From an uncultured Verrucomicrobiae bacterium (GTDB lineage Bacteria; Verrucomicrobiota; Verrucomicrobiia; Chthoniobacterales; UBA10450): a DNA stretch of 64,000 nt. Positions 1-10,203 of this stretch are shown one piece after another. The DNA is taken from the NCBI GenBank assembly GCA_963834385.1, contig CAWIBO010000002.1, positions 1,120,001 to 1,184,000 on the forward strand, given 5' to 3'. Position 1 is the first letter of the stretch, and each line of letters begins with the position of its first letter. Below the pieces are notes generated by a model that worked only from the letters and a program-made list of their open reading frames with translations, was not told where the DNA came from and did not search any database. Both the position numbers and the translations under genes were made by a program.

Positions 1-1389
1 GGGCGATCGCATCACCGCGGTGGCGCAGGGCGAAAAGGAATTCGTGGATACGCGCGACATGCGCCTCGACAAGGTGGTGGAGATGATCCGGGGAAGAAGG
101 GCACCCGGGTCCGGCTGCTCGTCATCCCGGCGGACGCGGCCGATCCCTCCAAGCGCAAGACGATTGAGCTGGTGCGGGCGGAGATCAAACTGAAGGACCA
201 GGAAGCGCGGGCCGACATCATCATTCGGAAAAACGGGAACGGCGAACCGGTCAAGCTGGGCTGGGTCACGCTCCCTTCGTTTTATGCCGACATGGACAAG
301 CACCAGAAGAGCACCACCAAGGATGTGCAGGCTCTCCTGAAACGGTTGAAGAAGGAGAACATCGAGGGTTTGGTGATCGATCTTCGGCGCAACGGCGGCG
401 GCTCCCTCGAGGAGGCCATCCAGCTCACCGGTCTTTTTCTCAAGTCAGGCCCGATCGTTCAGACCAAGAGCGCCACCGGGAACATCTCCGTCTCGAGCGA
501 CCGCGATCCCGGCATCGCCTACACGGGTCCGCTGGTGGTCCTGACCAGCCGGCAAAGCGCCTCGGCCAGTGAAATTTTTGCCGGCGCCCTGCAGGATTAC
601 GGCCGGGCCGTGATCGTGGGCGACAAGAACACCTTTGGAAAAGGGACGGTCCAGACCATTCTCGACATTGGCCGGTTCACTTCGCTGCTCGGGAGCCGTT
701 CGCAGGAGGATGGCGCTTTGAAACTGACCATCCAGAAGTTTTACCGGGTGGCCGGCGGCTCGACCCAGTTGAACGGGGTGGCTTCGGATATCGTGGTCCC
801 GAGCCTGACCGATCTGCCGGAATATGGCGAAAGCGCCCTGAAAAACTCCCTGCCCTACGACGAAGTGCCGAAGGCGCGCTTCACCCGGTGGGAGGGGTCG
901 CCCCTTTTCCTGGACGAACTGCGGCGCCGGTCGCAGGAGCGGATCAAGACCGATCCCGAGTTCCATTATGTGATGGAAGACATGGAACGGCTCCGGAAAC
1001 GGCTGGATGAAAACCGGATCACCCTGAACGAGGAGGCGCGGCGCCGGGAACTGCAGGAGGACAAGGCGCGCAAGGAACTGCGGACCAAGGAACGGCTGGC
1101 GCGCAACGTGGAGGAACCGCGCATTTACCGGCTGACCCTCGACACCCTCGACAAGGCCGACCTGCAATTGATCATGTATCCGGGCAAGCTCGCGGAAGCG
1201 CGCAAGGCCGGAACCACGGGCAAAGTGGCCCCGGAAGCGGCCAGCGACGCGGAGAGCGAGGACGAGGAGAACGCGGACGGCACGAAGGATCCGGCGATCG
1301 ATCCGACCCGGGATGAGACGCTGAACATCCTGTCTGATCTCGCGGCCCTGAGCAAGGTCCCGCGCACGGCCAGCGCGAGCCGGCCGTAA
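1..1389 (+). CDS. prc: C-terminal processing (tail-specific) protease, S41 family, 5'-truncated by window
   Basis: PDZ end (RLDKVVEMIRG), DLRRNGGGSL, SASASEIFAGALQDYGRA and TFGKGTVQ motifs; 1-nt frameshift in the G-run at ~89-93 joins the upstream frame to ORF 172..1389. Confidence 0.9.
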   Translation, partial: GRSHHRGGAGRKGIRGYARHAPRQGGGDDPGKKGTRVRLLVIPADAADPSKRKTIELVRAEIKLKDQEARADIIIRKNGNGEPVKLGWVTLPSFYADMDKHQKSTTKDVQALLKRLKKENIEGLVIDLRRNGGGSLEEAIQLTGLFLKSGPIVQTKSATGNISVSSDRDPGIAYTGPLVVLTSRQSASASEIFAGALQDYGRAVIVGDKNTFGKGTVQTILDIGRFTSLLGSRSQEDGALKLTIQKFYRVAGGSTQLNGVASDIVVPSLTDLPEYGESALKNSLPYDEVPKARFTRWEGSPLFLDELRRRSQERIKTDPEFHYVMEDMERLRKRLDENRITLNEEARRRELQEDKARKELRTKERLARNVEEPRIYRLTLDTLDKADLQLIMYPGKLAEARKAGTTGKVAPEAASDAESEDEENADGTKDPAIDPTRDETLNILSDLAALSKVPRTASASRP

Positions 1390-1445
1390 AATCGGCGGTG
1401 CGCATGGTGGCGGCTCTTCCCAAGCGGATGGCGACCCGGTAGTCT

Positions 1446-4286
1446 GTGCCGATGGCGTGGCGGAAATCTGTTTCCCTGCTTCTTCTCGCACTCTGGGCGG
1501 GCGGTTCCTCTTTTGTCTCTGCGCAGACCCCGCCGCCGGCCGGCGGTGAGATCGATCTGCCCGGGCTGCACGCCCGGGCCATGCAGGCATTCAACGGCGG
1601 CAACTTCGCGCAGGCCGCCACCGACCTCGAGGCGATCACCACCCGCGCCGAATTTTCGCCGCAGCTTGAGCCCGTTTTTTTTACCCTCGGCTCGGCCTAC
1701 TTCAACGCCGGCGACTACAACAAGGCCGCAGCTGCCTACAAGAATTACCTGGCCAAGTTTCCCGCCGGCCCGCGCGCGGCCGAGGCTCAGTTTGCCCTCG
1801 CGCAGTGCAGTTTGCAGAACAAGGACTTTACCGCGGCCGCCCAGCAGTTTGCCGTCCTGGAAAAGGATCCTCGTTTCCGGGAGCAGGCGCTTCTTTACCA
1901 GGCCAACGCCCTCAAGGAAACCGGCAGGATCGACCAGGCCATCCAGGCCCTGGAATCCCTCGCGGGCGGCGAATTGAAGACCCGTTCGTCCGTGCGCGGC
2001 GCCCTGACCCTGGCCCAGCTTTACGCACAGAAAGGCGCGGCGGAGAAAGCGGTCAAGACCGTGGAGAAAATCCACGAGAATCTCCGGTTGGTCGACAACA
2101 TCGTGGAGTTGAACGCCATCACGGTGGAGCTGGGCGACGAGCTCTTTAACAAGAAGTCGTTTGCCGAGGCGCTCGCCTGTTACCGCTCGGCCTATCCGCG
2201 CGAACAGATCATCCGGATGCAGAACGAGCGCATCGGCGCGATGCAGGCCGCGATCGAGTCGAACCTGGCCGCGGGCCGCGCCGATCCCTCGCAGTTCCCC
2301 GCGTTCGCCGCGCAAAACCAGCAGCTCAAGGCCGAGATCGAGAACTCGCAGAAACTTTTGCAGGAATTCGAGAAGCTGCCCAGCATCACCCCGGCGATTT
2401 ACATCCGCCTGGGCCGCTGCTTCTACGAGATCGATCGCAAATGGGAGGCGATCGTGGTTTACCAGGAACTGCTCGACCGTTTTCCGGAAGCGGCTGAGCG
2501 CGAGCCCGCGCTCTTCGGCATCATTGTCGCCCTGGCCGAGGTGGAACAGCCGGCGAAGGCCCAGGCGCGCTGCGAGGAATACCTGAAGGATTTCAAGAGC
2601 GGCCCGAATGCCGAGACCGTCGGTTATTTGCTCGGCGCCATGTCGCTGCAGGCAAACGACCCGGTCGCGGCCGAAGCCTATTTCGGGCGGATGCTCGAGA
2701 CCCAGCCGAAGAGCAGTTATCGCGAGCAGATCCGGTTTTTGCTCGGCAACGCCAAGCTCATGGCGGGGAAATACGACGAGGCCCGCGCGGAATATGAGAA
2801 GTACCTGAAGGAATTCCCAAAGGGCGGCAATCTCGAGGAGGTAACCTACCGGATCGCGCTGAGTTCGCTTTTCGCCGGCAACTATGAACGGGCGATGAAG
2901 GAGATCGGCGAGTATCTCAAAAAATATCCCAAGGGGACCTTCGTGGCCGACGCGAAATATCGGCTCGCCGTCTGCAAATACGCCGCCTCGCTTTACGACG
3001 ACGTCGTCAACGACATGAAGGCGTGGGAGGAGGAGTTCAAGGAGAACCCCCAACTCGGCGAAGTGCTTGCCCTGCGGGCGGACGCCGTGGCCGCGCTGGG
3101 TCGCGACAGCGAGGCCGGGCAGCTCTACGTCCGGGCCTACCAGGCCGCCACGACTGACGAGGTGATGAACTATTCGCTCGAGGCCGCCTCCAAGATTTTT
3201 CAGAAGCGCGGTGAGTGGGACAAGGTCTCTTCGCTTTACGCCGGCTTCATCAGCGAACGGCCGGACCATCCGACGGTCCTGACCGCCCTTTACTGGATTG
3301 GCAAGGCCAAGGCCCGGGAAGGCAAGGTGGACGAGGCGAAGAAAATTACCGCCGACACCATCATGAAATACATTGGCGACCCGCAACGGGAGCCGGTGGA
3401 GATGCTGCTGACCCAGCTTGCCCAGCTGACCGTGCGGAAGAAACGGCCGACCGACCAGGAGCCCGCAGCCGGCGCCCCGGCCGCGCCGACGGACCCGGCC
3501 GCCGAGCTGGAAGCGTTGTTGAGCGGCGGCGAAGGCGAGCCTAACGCGACCACACGCGCGCGCATCCTCTACGCGAAAGCGGAGCTGGCCCGGCTGCAGC
3601 GGCAGCCGGAGGTGCAGGCGGAACGGACCGGTGAGATTGCGCAATTCAAGCCGGAGGAGCTGAGCCCGGTGCTGCTCGGGGTGGCGGGCGATCATCTCGT
3701 GGCCCAGAAAAAATACGCCGAGGCCCGAGCCTTCTTTCAGTACCTGATGGAAGAATTTCCCAAGAGCGACAGCATCGACTTCGCCTACAACGGCCTGGGG
3801 GAGATCGCCCTCGCCGAGAAGGACCTCCCGCGGGCGCTGCGCTTTTTCAGCGAAGGCACGGACAAGATCGTGGCCGTGCAAAAGATGAAAGAGCTGACGA
3901 TTGGAAAAGCGCAGACGCTTTTTGCCATGGGACGTTTTGTCGAGGCCAAGAAACTGTTCGAGCAGATCGCGTCGGTGCGCGAATGGCGCGGTGAAGCCAC
4001 CGCCATGAGCGTTTTCTCCCTGGGAGAGATCGAGGCAAAACAGGGGCGCTGGGCGGAGGCTAACGCCTATTTCCAGCGGGTCTACGTGGGCTACCAGAAA
4101 TTCCTGCCGTGGGTGGCGAAGGCTTACCTGCGCAGCGCGGAAAGCTTTGAAAAGCTGAACAAACCGGAGGAAGCGGTGAAGACCTACCGCGAATTGCTGC
4201 GGGTGGCGCAGGAGAAACAGGAGCTGGCGAAGTTCGGCGAAACGGAGGAGGCGCGGAAACGGCTGGCCGCCCTGAACCAGGGATGA
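1446..4286 (+). CDS. Large secreted TPR-repeat protein (CpoB/BamD-like repeats)
   Basis: Signal peptide followed by many TPR units (e.g. YLAKFPAGPRAAEAQFALA, YLKEFPKGGNLEEVTYRIA). Confidence 0.85.
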   Translation: MPMAWRKSVSLLLLALWAGGSSFVSAQTPPPAGGEIDLPGLHARAMQAFNGGNFAQAATDLEAITTRAEFSPQLEPVFFTLGSAYFNAGDYNKAAAAYKNYLAKFPAGPRAAEAQFALAQCSLQNKDFTAAAQQFAVLEKDPRFREQALLYQANALKETGRIDQAIQALESLAGGELKTRSSVRGALTLAQLYAQKGAAEKAVKTVEKIHENLRLVDNIVELNAITVELGDELFNKKSFAEALACYRSAYPREQIIRMQNERIGAMQAAIESNLAAGRADPSQFPAFAAQNQQLKAEIENSQKLLQEFEKLPSITPAIYIRLGRCFYEIDRKWEAIVVYQELLDRFPEAAEREPALFGIIVALAEVEQPAKAQARCEEYLKDFKSGPNAETVGYLLGAMSLQANDPVAAEAYFGRMLETQPKSSYREQIRFLLGNAKLMAGKYDEARAEYEKYLKEFPKGGNLEEVTYRIALSSLFAGNYERAMKEIGEYLKKYPKGTFVADAKYRLAVCKYAASLYDDVVNDMKAWEEEFKENPQLGEVLALRADAVAALGRDSEAGQLYVRAYQAATTDEVMNYSLEAASKIFQKRGEWDKVSSLYAGFISERPDHPTVLTALYWIGKAKAREGKVDEAKKITADTIMKYIGDPQREPVEMLLTQLAQLTVRKKRPTDQEPAAGAPAAPTDPAAELEALLSGGEGEPNATTRARILYAKAELARLQRQPEVQAERTGEIAQFKPEELSPVLLGVAGDHLVAQKKYAEARAFFQYLMEEFPKSDSIDFAYNGLGEIALAEKDLPRALRFFSEGTDKIVAVQKMKELTIGKAQTLFAMGRFVEAKKLFEQIASVREWRGEATAMSVFSLGEIEAKQGRWAEANAYFQRVYVGYQKFLPWVAKAYLRSAESFEKLNKPEEAVKTYRELLRVAQEKQELAKFGETEEARKRLAALNQG

Positions 4287-5149
4287 TGAGAACCATTGAA
4301 CAAAGCTGGCGGGCGGCGCTGCTCCTATCCTTTCTCGCCGCGACGGTCTCGGCCCAGCAGCCGGCTGCTTCGCCCGCGGGTTCCCCGCCGCCCATCCAGA
4401 TCCTGCTTGCCACCGGCCAGACGGTCGAGACCACGAGCGTGCGGCGCGACCGCGACATGGTCATGGCGCGGATCGAGGTCGGGGGAAGCACCGGCGAGGT
4501 CGGTTACCAGGCGGGCCAGATCCAGCGCATCAATTTCCCCGAGCCGCGCGGGATCAAGCGGGCGACCGAGCTGCTCTCGCAGGGGAATGCCGAACAGGCC
4601 CTGCAGGAATTGAATCCGCTCATCTCCTTTTATTCGCCCTTTCGCGACATTGAAGGTTCCTGGTGGGGACCGGCGGCCCTGCTCAAGGTTTCAGCCCTGG
4701 CTGCCCTCGGCCGGGACCGCGAAGCCGAACCGTTGGCGCAGGAAATCCAGCGCACGGCCAAAAACCCTGAGACGGCGCGTGCCGCCAATCTTCGGCTGGC
4801 TTCCGCCCTGATCAGCAAGCGGCAGTTCGACAAGGCGGCCGAGATTTGCCAGGAAGCGATCAAGGCCAGCACGGAACCGGGTGTGCTGGCCGATGCCTGG
4901 GTCATCCAAGGGAACCTCCATTCTGCGCAGAAGGAATGGGCCGAGGCGCTGCTGGCCTACCTCCGGGTCCCGGTCTTTTATCCCGCCCAGAAACTTCACC
5001 TGCCGGAGGCTCTCCTGGGGGCCGGCAGGGCCTACCGGCGCCTGGAAGACTTGGAAAGAGCCAAACGATCGTTTAATGACCTGATCGCGATGTTTCCAAA
5101 GTCGAGCGAGGCCGCGCTGGCCCAAACCGAGTTAAAGAGGATAAAGTAG
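4283..5149 (+). CDS. Secreted TPR-repeat protein
   Basis: Signal peptide, small beta-rich N-domain, TPRs ending LIAMFPKSSEAALAQTEL; ATGA overlap with upstream gene. Confidence 0.8.
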   Translation: MMRTIEQSWRAALLLSFLAATVSAQQPAASPAGSPPPIQILLATGQTVETTSVRRDRDMVMARIEVGGSTGEVGYQAGQIQRINFPEPRGIKRATELLSQGNAEQALQELNPLISFYSPFRDIEGSWWGPAALLKVSALAALGRDREAEPLAQEIQRTAKNPETARAANLRLASALISKRQFDKAAEICQEAIKASTEPGVLADAWVIQGNLHSAQKEWAEALLAYLRVPVFYPAQKLHLPEALLGAGRAYRRLEDLERAKRSFNDLIAMFPKSSEAALAQTELKRIK

Positions 5150-5168
5150 AGTCCGTCCCATCCGTTTT

Positions 5169-6011
5169 ATGAAAGCAAAAACCATCTATCTCGCCCTGGT
5201 CGCCCTGACGGCGCTCGGGCTTTTCGTTTCCGCCGCGCTGGCGCAGGCGCCGGCGTCCGCGCCGGCCCACGGCAGCGGCATTCACTCCAAGACGCTCTGG
5301 GAGCAGATCAAGGAAGGCGGCTGGGTCATGGTGCCGCTGGCCCTTTGTTCCGTGGCGACCCTTTACCTGATCGGGGATGGCGTCATGCGCACCGGGCGCA
5401 AACGAAGCGCGCCGCCGGAATACGAGGAGGCGGTGAAATCGCTCTTCCGCCAGGGCGACTACGTGGGCGCCTACAATTACTGCAAGGAACATCCGTCGCC
5501 GCTGACCAACGTGCTCCGCGTCGGCATTTCCATGCTGGGAGAAGGCAAACAGATCGCCGAGGAATCGATGATGTCGGAACTGGCCAAGGAGAATTCCTCC
5601 ATGCAGACCTACATCAGCTATCTCTCCGTTATGGGCGTCTGCACGCCGATGATCGGTCTTGTCGGCACCGTCACCGGCATGATCAAGGCCTTTGCCACCC
5701 TGGGTGCGGCCGGAATCGGTGATCCCTCGGGTCTTTCTGCCGCCATCGGCGAGGTGCTGGTGGCGACGGCGAGCGGCCTGATCGTGGCCATCCCGGCTTT
5801 CGGCGCCTTTTATTTTCTGCGCAACCGCGCCGCCGCGGCGGTGAACCACATCCACGACGTGATCAACGGCCTCTTCCGAAAGATGCCGTATGAGAACCTG
5901 GCCGGGGTGCACATTGGCGACGAGGAACTTTACGCGGCCATTCCGAACTGGGTGGCCCATCCGGTGGGCGATCCCCATGCGGTGGCGGCTCCGGCCGAGC
6001 AGCCGACCTAA
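5169..6011 (+). CDS. exbB: MotA/TolQ/ExbB proton channel protein
   Basis: TPMIGLVGTVTGMIKAF and IGEVLVATASGLIVAIPA signature helices. Confidence 0.9.
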   Translation: MKAKTIYLALVALTALGLFVSAALAQAPASAPAHGSGIHSKTLWEQIKEGGWVMVPLALCSVATLYLIGDGVMRTGRKRSAPPEYEEAVKSLFRQGDYVGAYNYCKEHPSPLTNVLRVGISMLGEGKQIAEESMMSELAKENSSMQTYISYLSVMGVCTPMIGLVGTVTGMIKAFATLGAAGIGDPSGLSAAIGEVLVATASGLIVAIPAFGAFYFLRNRAAAAVNHIHDVINGLFRKMPYENLAGVHIGDEELYAAIPNWVAHPVGDPHAVAAPAEQPT

Positions 6012-6029
6012 GGGAGAGGGGAGAGTCTC

Positions 6030-6491
6030 ATGGCAGGCGGAGGCGGCGGCACAGATTCAGGCGAGCCGGAGTTCCAGATCGCTCCGATGATCGATGTCCT
6101 TTTGGTCATCCTGATCTTTTTCATGACGATCACGTCGGCCCAGGTCCTGAAGGTGGACAAATCGATTCAGCTCCCGATCGCGAAGGACGCCCAGAAGAAG
6201 GACAACACCCGGGCCGAGGCGGTGGTGAACGTCCGCTGGAACAAGGAGGCAAAGAAGGCGGTCTTCACCTTCGACGACCGGGTTTATCCGCAGGCGGGCG
6301 CCATGTCCGAGCCGTTGAAAGTGGCGCGCATCACCGGCGAGAAAAAGGTCACGCAGGGGGCCAACCCGAATTTTCGCGCGGTCATCCGCGGCGACCGCGA
6401 TGTGCCCGCCATTTTTATTTCGCAGGCAATGAACGCGTGTGCCGAGGCCGGCATCGTCGATATTTCGTTTTCCGCCGTGAACAAGGACTAG
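6030..6491 (+). CDS. exbD: ExbD/TolR family protein
   Basis: FQIAPMIDVLLVILIFFM TM motif with conserved Asp; VIRGDRDV. Confidence 0.9.
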   Translation: MAGGGGGTDSGEPEFQIAPMIDVLLVILIFFMTITSAQVLKVDKSIQLPIAKDAQKKDNTRAEAVVNVRWNKEAKKAVFTFDDRVYPQAGAMSEPLKVARITGEKKVTQGANPNFRAVIRGDRDVPAIFISQAMNACAEAGIVDISFSAVNKD

Positions 6492-6494
6492 GGC

Positions 6495-6941
6495 ATGCGC
6501 GCGTTTACCAGCAACGTCAACGAAGGCAACCTGGGGTTCCAGATTGCGCCCATGATCGACGTGGTTTTCGTCATCATGCTTTTCTTCATGGTCATGGCCG
6601 GCGCGGTGAAGATCGAGAACGAGCTCAATACCCAGCTCCCCGGCACGGCGCAGACCTCCGAATCGACCGACTTCGTGGATGAACAGATCATCACCATCTC
6701 CGACACGGGCGAGGTGATGTTGAATGATGAGCCTTTCGACTCGCCGCAGAGCCAGGAGCTTCCCCAGCTCAAGGGAACGCTCATGCGCCTGAAACAGAAT
6801 GCGGACGCGGCCAAGACACCGGCGGTGGTCACGATCATCAGCGATGAGATGGCGAAATACAGCCGCACGGTGGACGTGCTCGATGCCCTCGCCGTGGCCA
6901 AGATCGACAACGTCACCTTTACCGTCTCGGAAGAGGAATAA
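6495..6941 (+). CDS. exbD: Second ExbD/TolR family protein
   Basis: FQIAPMIDVVFVIMLFFMV TM motif with conserved Asp. Confidence 0.9.
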   Translation: MRAFTSNVNEGNLGFQIAPMIDVVFVIMLFFMVMAGAVKIENELNTQLPGTAQTSESTDFVDEQIITISDTGEVMLNDEPFDSPQSQELPQLKGTLMRLKQNADAAKTPAVVTIISDEMAKYSRTVDVLDALAVAKIDNVTFTVSEEE

Positions 6942-6963
6942 TTTTCCGCGAGATCAGTCGGCC

Positions 6964-8589
6964 TTAGCGAAATTCGCTTCGGTAGCGCGCCTCGAGCATC
7001 GACCAGAGGCCGAAAATGGCCAGGCCCGCCCCGGCGAGAGTGAGCCAGACCCAGCCAAGCGGTTGCGCGGCCAGCGCCTGCAGGGCTTCCTCCATGCCGC
7101 CGGCTTTCCCGGCGTCACCGGCCAGGCCCGCATGCAGAAGAAAAAGGGCGACCAGCGAAAACGCGAGACCGCGGACCCCGTAGCCGACGCGGCCGGCCCA
7201 GCAGGACCAGCGTTGCTGTGTCTCGGAAAGGTTCTCGCCGCGCAGATGCCGCGCAAAACGGGCGGTGAAGGCCTGGGTAAACTGCCAGGTGGCGGCGATG
7301 GCCACGCCCACGCCGGCGGAAACGACGAGCCCCCAGCCAAGCGGGTGGGTCAGGACCCAGGCCGTACTCTCTTCAATGCGGCGGTTATCACCAGCCGGTT
7401 CACCATATCCGAGCAGCGGCCAAAGCGCGCTGGCGACGATGCCGCCGTAGATTGTTCCGCTCACGAGGGCAATCAGGCGGGTGGTCCAGCGGTCGGCGCT
7501 GAAGATCTGGACCAGCCGCCAGGCGACGTAGGCCGCGAGCCCGAGCGCGACAAACCAGAGGACAAAGTTGCCCAGGGGCCAGTGTCGCACCTGCGCCAGG
7601 GCCTCGCGCTGGTCGCTGACCCGGCCTCCCTTGAGGCCGAGCCCGGCGAGGATGGCGAGCGTCCCCACGAGGAGGTAAACGAGACCGCGCGCGCCCAGCC
7701 CGATTCGGCCAAGGACGGGAACGGCCCGCGCAAATCCGGTCCGGTCCGTCATCTTCCCAGGGAAGAGGGTGAGAACGGCCAGGCCGAGCGAGAGATAGAG
7801 GAAAACCATCGTGCCGATGAAGTAAACCATGTAGGTGACAATGGCGCCGCCGATTGTTTCCCCGGTGCTGCCCTGGTAAACGCGGCGCAGCGCCTGGAAC
7901 AGGTAGATCACGTGCCAGGCCACGGAGGCGAGTGAGACGAGGGCGTAGGCGGCGTTCAGTTTCAGCCCCGCGAACGCGTAGAGGGGCAGAAAAAGGACCA
8001 GGGTCACGTTCATGAACGTCAGGTAATGCAGGGCGAAAATAAGATGCTGGACGAAAAACGGGGCGCGTCCGCGGTAAAGAAGAAAGAGCGTCGCGCCGAC
8101 CAGGACCGGATAAACGAGCTGGGTGATGGAGATGACAAACTGCCAGCGCTCGTTGGTCCGCTCGATGAAAGCCCCGGGCTCAAGTCCGAGGCGTTGTGCC
8201 GCCGAGACCACCATTTTTTCGTATTGCCCCGTCTGATCCGCCGCCAGGTAGGTTCGCAGATCATAGACGGCGGTGGGCGGGTAGATCGTGTAGGCGATGA
8301 AGGTGAGGGCAAAAACGACGAGATAAAACTTGAGTGGACCCAGGTAGCGCTGGCGGCGGCCGGCCAAAAACTCGGCCGTGAGCAGCCCCGGGCGCGCCAT
8401 GAGCGACCAGGCCGTCCGCAGGAGCTTTGAATGCTCGAGGTCGGTGATCTCGTCCACGGCGCGGCGGGCAAAGGTCCGAAGCTTCAGTTGTTCGGGATCG
8501 GGCTGCTGTTCTCCACACGCCGAACAGAAAGGCCCGGTGAGGAGGGCGCCGCAATTCGTGCAGGTGAGGGGCGGAGGTTCCGGCGGCAC
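6964..8589 (-). CDS. Membrane protein: Zn-ribbon/DUF3667-like N-half plus DUF1206-like C-half (possibly two genes)
   Basis: CTNC..FCSACGE, RPGLLTAEFLAGRRQRYLGPLKFY; C-half RIGLGARGLVY / GRVGYGVRG repeats ending EARYR; internal ATG at 7752. Confidence 0.7.
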   Translation of the reverse strand: MPPEPPPLTCTNCGALLTGPFCSACGEQQPDPEQLKLRTFARRAVDEITDLEHSKLLRTAWSLMARPGLLTAEFLAGRRQRYLGPLKFYLVVFALTFIAYTIYPPTAVYDLRTYLAADQTGQYEKMVVSAAQRLGLEPGAFIERTNERWQFVISITQLVYPVLVGATLFLLYRGRAPFFVQHLIFALHYLTFMNVTLVLFLPLYAFAGLKLNAAYALVSLASVAWHVIYLFQALRRVYQGSTGETIGGAIVTYMVYFIGTMVFLYLSLGLAVLTLFPGKMTDRTGFARAVPVLGRIGLGARGLVYLLVGTLAILAGLGLKGGRVSDQREALAQVRHWPLGNFVLWFVALGLAAYVAWRLVQIFSADRWTTRLIALVSGTIYGGIVASALWPLLGYGEPAGDNRRIEESTAWVLTHPLGWGLVVSAGVGVAIAATWQFTQAFTARFARHLRGENLSETQQRWSCWAGRVGYGVRGLAFSLVALFLLHAGLAGDAGKAGGMEEALQALAAQPLGWVWLTLAGAGLAIFGLWSMLEARYRSEFR

Positions 8590-8646
8590 GCTTCTTAATC
8601 AGAAAGAAAGCCTCCGCCGACAATCCTGAAATGACGGAACAGGGTG

Positions 8647-9270
8647 TCAGCGGAACCAGGGATTCGCCGGCCGGGAGTGAAAGGAGGGATCGCGCCGGGG
8701 ATCGTAAGGATACTGTTGCTGGCGGTGGGGGCCGCCCCGCGGCTGCGGTCCGTACCGCCGATAGTCGCGGGTGCGCGGGGTGCGACCGAAGACATGCACC
8801 GGGGTGCCGACCTGAACGGCGCGAAAGAAAGCCGCCGCCATGTCCTCGGGGAAACGAACGCAACCGTGCGAGGCGGGATAACCGGGCAGATAACCGGCAT
8901 GCATGCCCTCGGCGCCGTTATAGCGCATGAAGTAGCGCATGGGCGCGGGGACAAACCGGCCGCCCCGCGGCACCTTCATGTCCGCATCGGCGTCCGCCAC
9001 CACCGTGCGCCCGGCGGCGTCCACGATGCGTCCGTAAAGGTTCGAGAAATGGTTGCGCTCCTTCTGCGTGATCTTGAAGGAACCGGTCTGGCTGAAATAA
9101 CCGGCACGCCCGCTGGAGATGGGACTGGCCAGCACCACCCGGCGATGCCTGAGCAGGTAAGCCATCTGCTGCCCGAGATCGATCTCGACCGAGTAGGGCG
9201 AGGGCGCAGCGCCTACGCCCGGCGGCAGGAGAAAAAGCAGTGCCAGCAATCCCTGGAAAATCCCTCGCAT
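8647..9270 (-). CDS. L,D-transpeptidase (YkuD domain)
   Basis: Signal peptide; GMHAGYLPGYPASHGCVR catalytic His/Cys motif. Confidence 0.9.
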   Translation of the reverse strand: MRGIFQGLLALLFLLPPGVGAAPSPYSVEIDLGQQMAYLLRHRRVVLASPISSGRAGYFSQTGSFKITQKERNHFSNLYGRIVDAAGRTVVADADADMKVPRGGRFVPAPMRYFMRYNGAEGMHAGYLPGYPASHGCVRFPEDMAAAFFRAVQVGTPVHVFGRTPRTRDYRRYGPQPRGGPHRQQQYPYDPRRDPSFHSRPANPWFR

Positions 9271-9318
9271 GACCGGGATTGGACCGGTGCGGCGTGCGAA
9301 AGATTCAACGAAAAGAGA

Positions 9319-10122
9319 TCAAACTGCGATGGGCGCCTTGATCGCCGGATGCGGATCGTAGTTCGAAAGGGTGAAATCCTCGAACTGGAACCGCTCGATT
9401 TCGCGCACGGAGGGATTGAGGGAGATGCGGGGGAGCGGGCGCGGGGTGCGCGAGAGTTGTTCGCGCGCCTGCTCGAGGTGATTCCGGTAAAGATGGAGAT
9501 CACCGAAGGTGTGAATGAAGTCCCCCGGCTGGAGATCGCAGACCTGCGCCATCATCATGGTAAGGAGCGCGTAGGAGGCGATGTTGAACGGAACGCCGAG
9601 GAAAAGATCGGCGCTGCGCTGGTAAAGCTGACAGCTCAGGGCGCCGTCGTGGACGTAAAACTGGAAAAGGACGTGGCAGGGCGGCAGGGCCATGGTTTCG
9701 ATCTCGGCCGGGTTCCAGGCGCTCACGAGGAGCCGGCGGCTCTCCGGGTTGCGCTGGATCTGGGAAATAACGTCGCGAATCTGGTCCACGCTTTTCCCAT
9801 CGGCGCCGCGCCAGTCCCGCCATTGCGCCCCGTAAACCCGCCCGAGGTTTCCCTCCGCGTCCGCCCATTCATCCCAGATGGTGACGCCCTGCGCGTTCAG
9901 GGAGCGGACATTGGTTTCACCGCGCAAAAACCAGAGAAGCTCGTGGATGATCGATTTGAGGTGGAGTTTTTTGGTCGTGAGCAGGGGGAAACCGGGACCG
10001 GCGGGGCGGAGATCGAACCGGGTTTGCGCCCCGAAGACCGAGAGAGTGCCGGTGCCGGTGCGATCCTCCCGCTCCGCGCCCTCGGCCAGGACGAGGCGGA
10101 GAAGATCGTGATACTGGCGCAT
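9319..10122 (-). CDS. thyA: Thymidylate synthase
   Basis: [32 protein letters not shown]-terminal IKAPIAV. Confidence 0.98.
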   Translation of the reverse strand: MRQYHDLLRLVLAEGAEREDRTGTGTLSVFGAQTRFDLRPAGPGFPLLTTKKLHLKSIIHELLWFLRGETNVRSLNAQGVTIWDEWADAEGNLGRVYGAQWRDWRGADGKSVDQIRDVISQIQRNPESRRLLVSAWNPAEIETMALPPCHVLFQFYVHDGALSCQLYQRSADLFLGVPFNIASYALLTMMMAQVCDLQPGDFIHTFGDLHLYRNHLEQAREQLSRTPRPLPRISLNPSVREIERFQFEDFTLSNYDPHPAIKAPIAV

Positions 10123-10203
10123 GGGGAAACAGATAAACGAACAGGGCCGGGGGTGGCAGGAAAAATATCTTCCGCGATCGCCGGGCCGTGCTTAGAAAGA
10201 GGG

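Noticed and set aside
1125..3881. Long antisense ORFs (918 aa here; also 18047..20044, 44484..46373, 8644..10203 and others)
   Set aside because: Shadow frames of high-GC genes with no recognisable motifs.
6964..8589. Novel DUF3667-DUF1206 fusion
   Set aside because: The junction reads AAG-ATGA-CG, a typical stop/start overlap if one base were shifted. Given the indel rate, two separate genes are as likely as a fusion.
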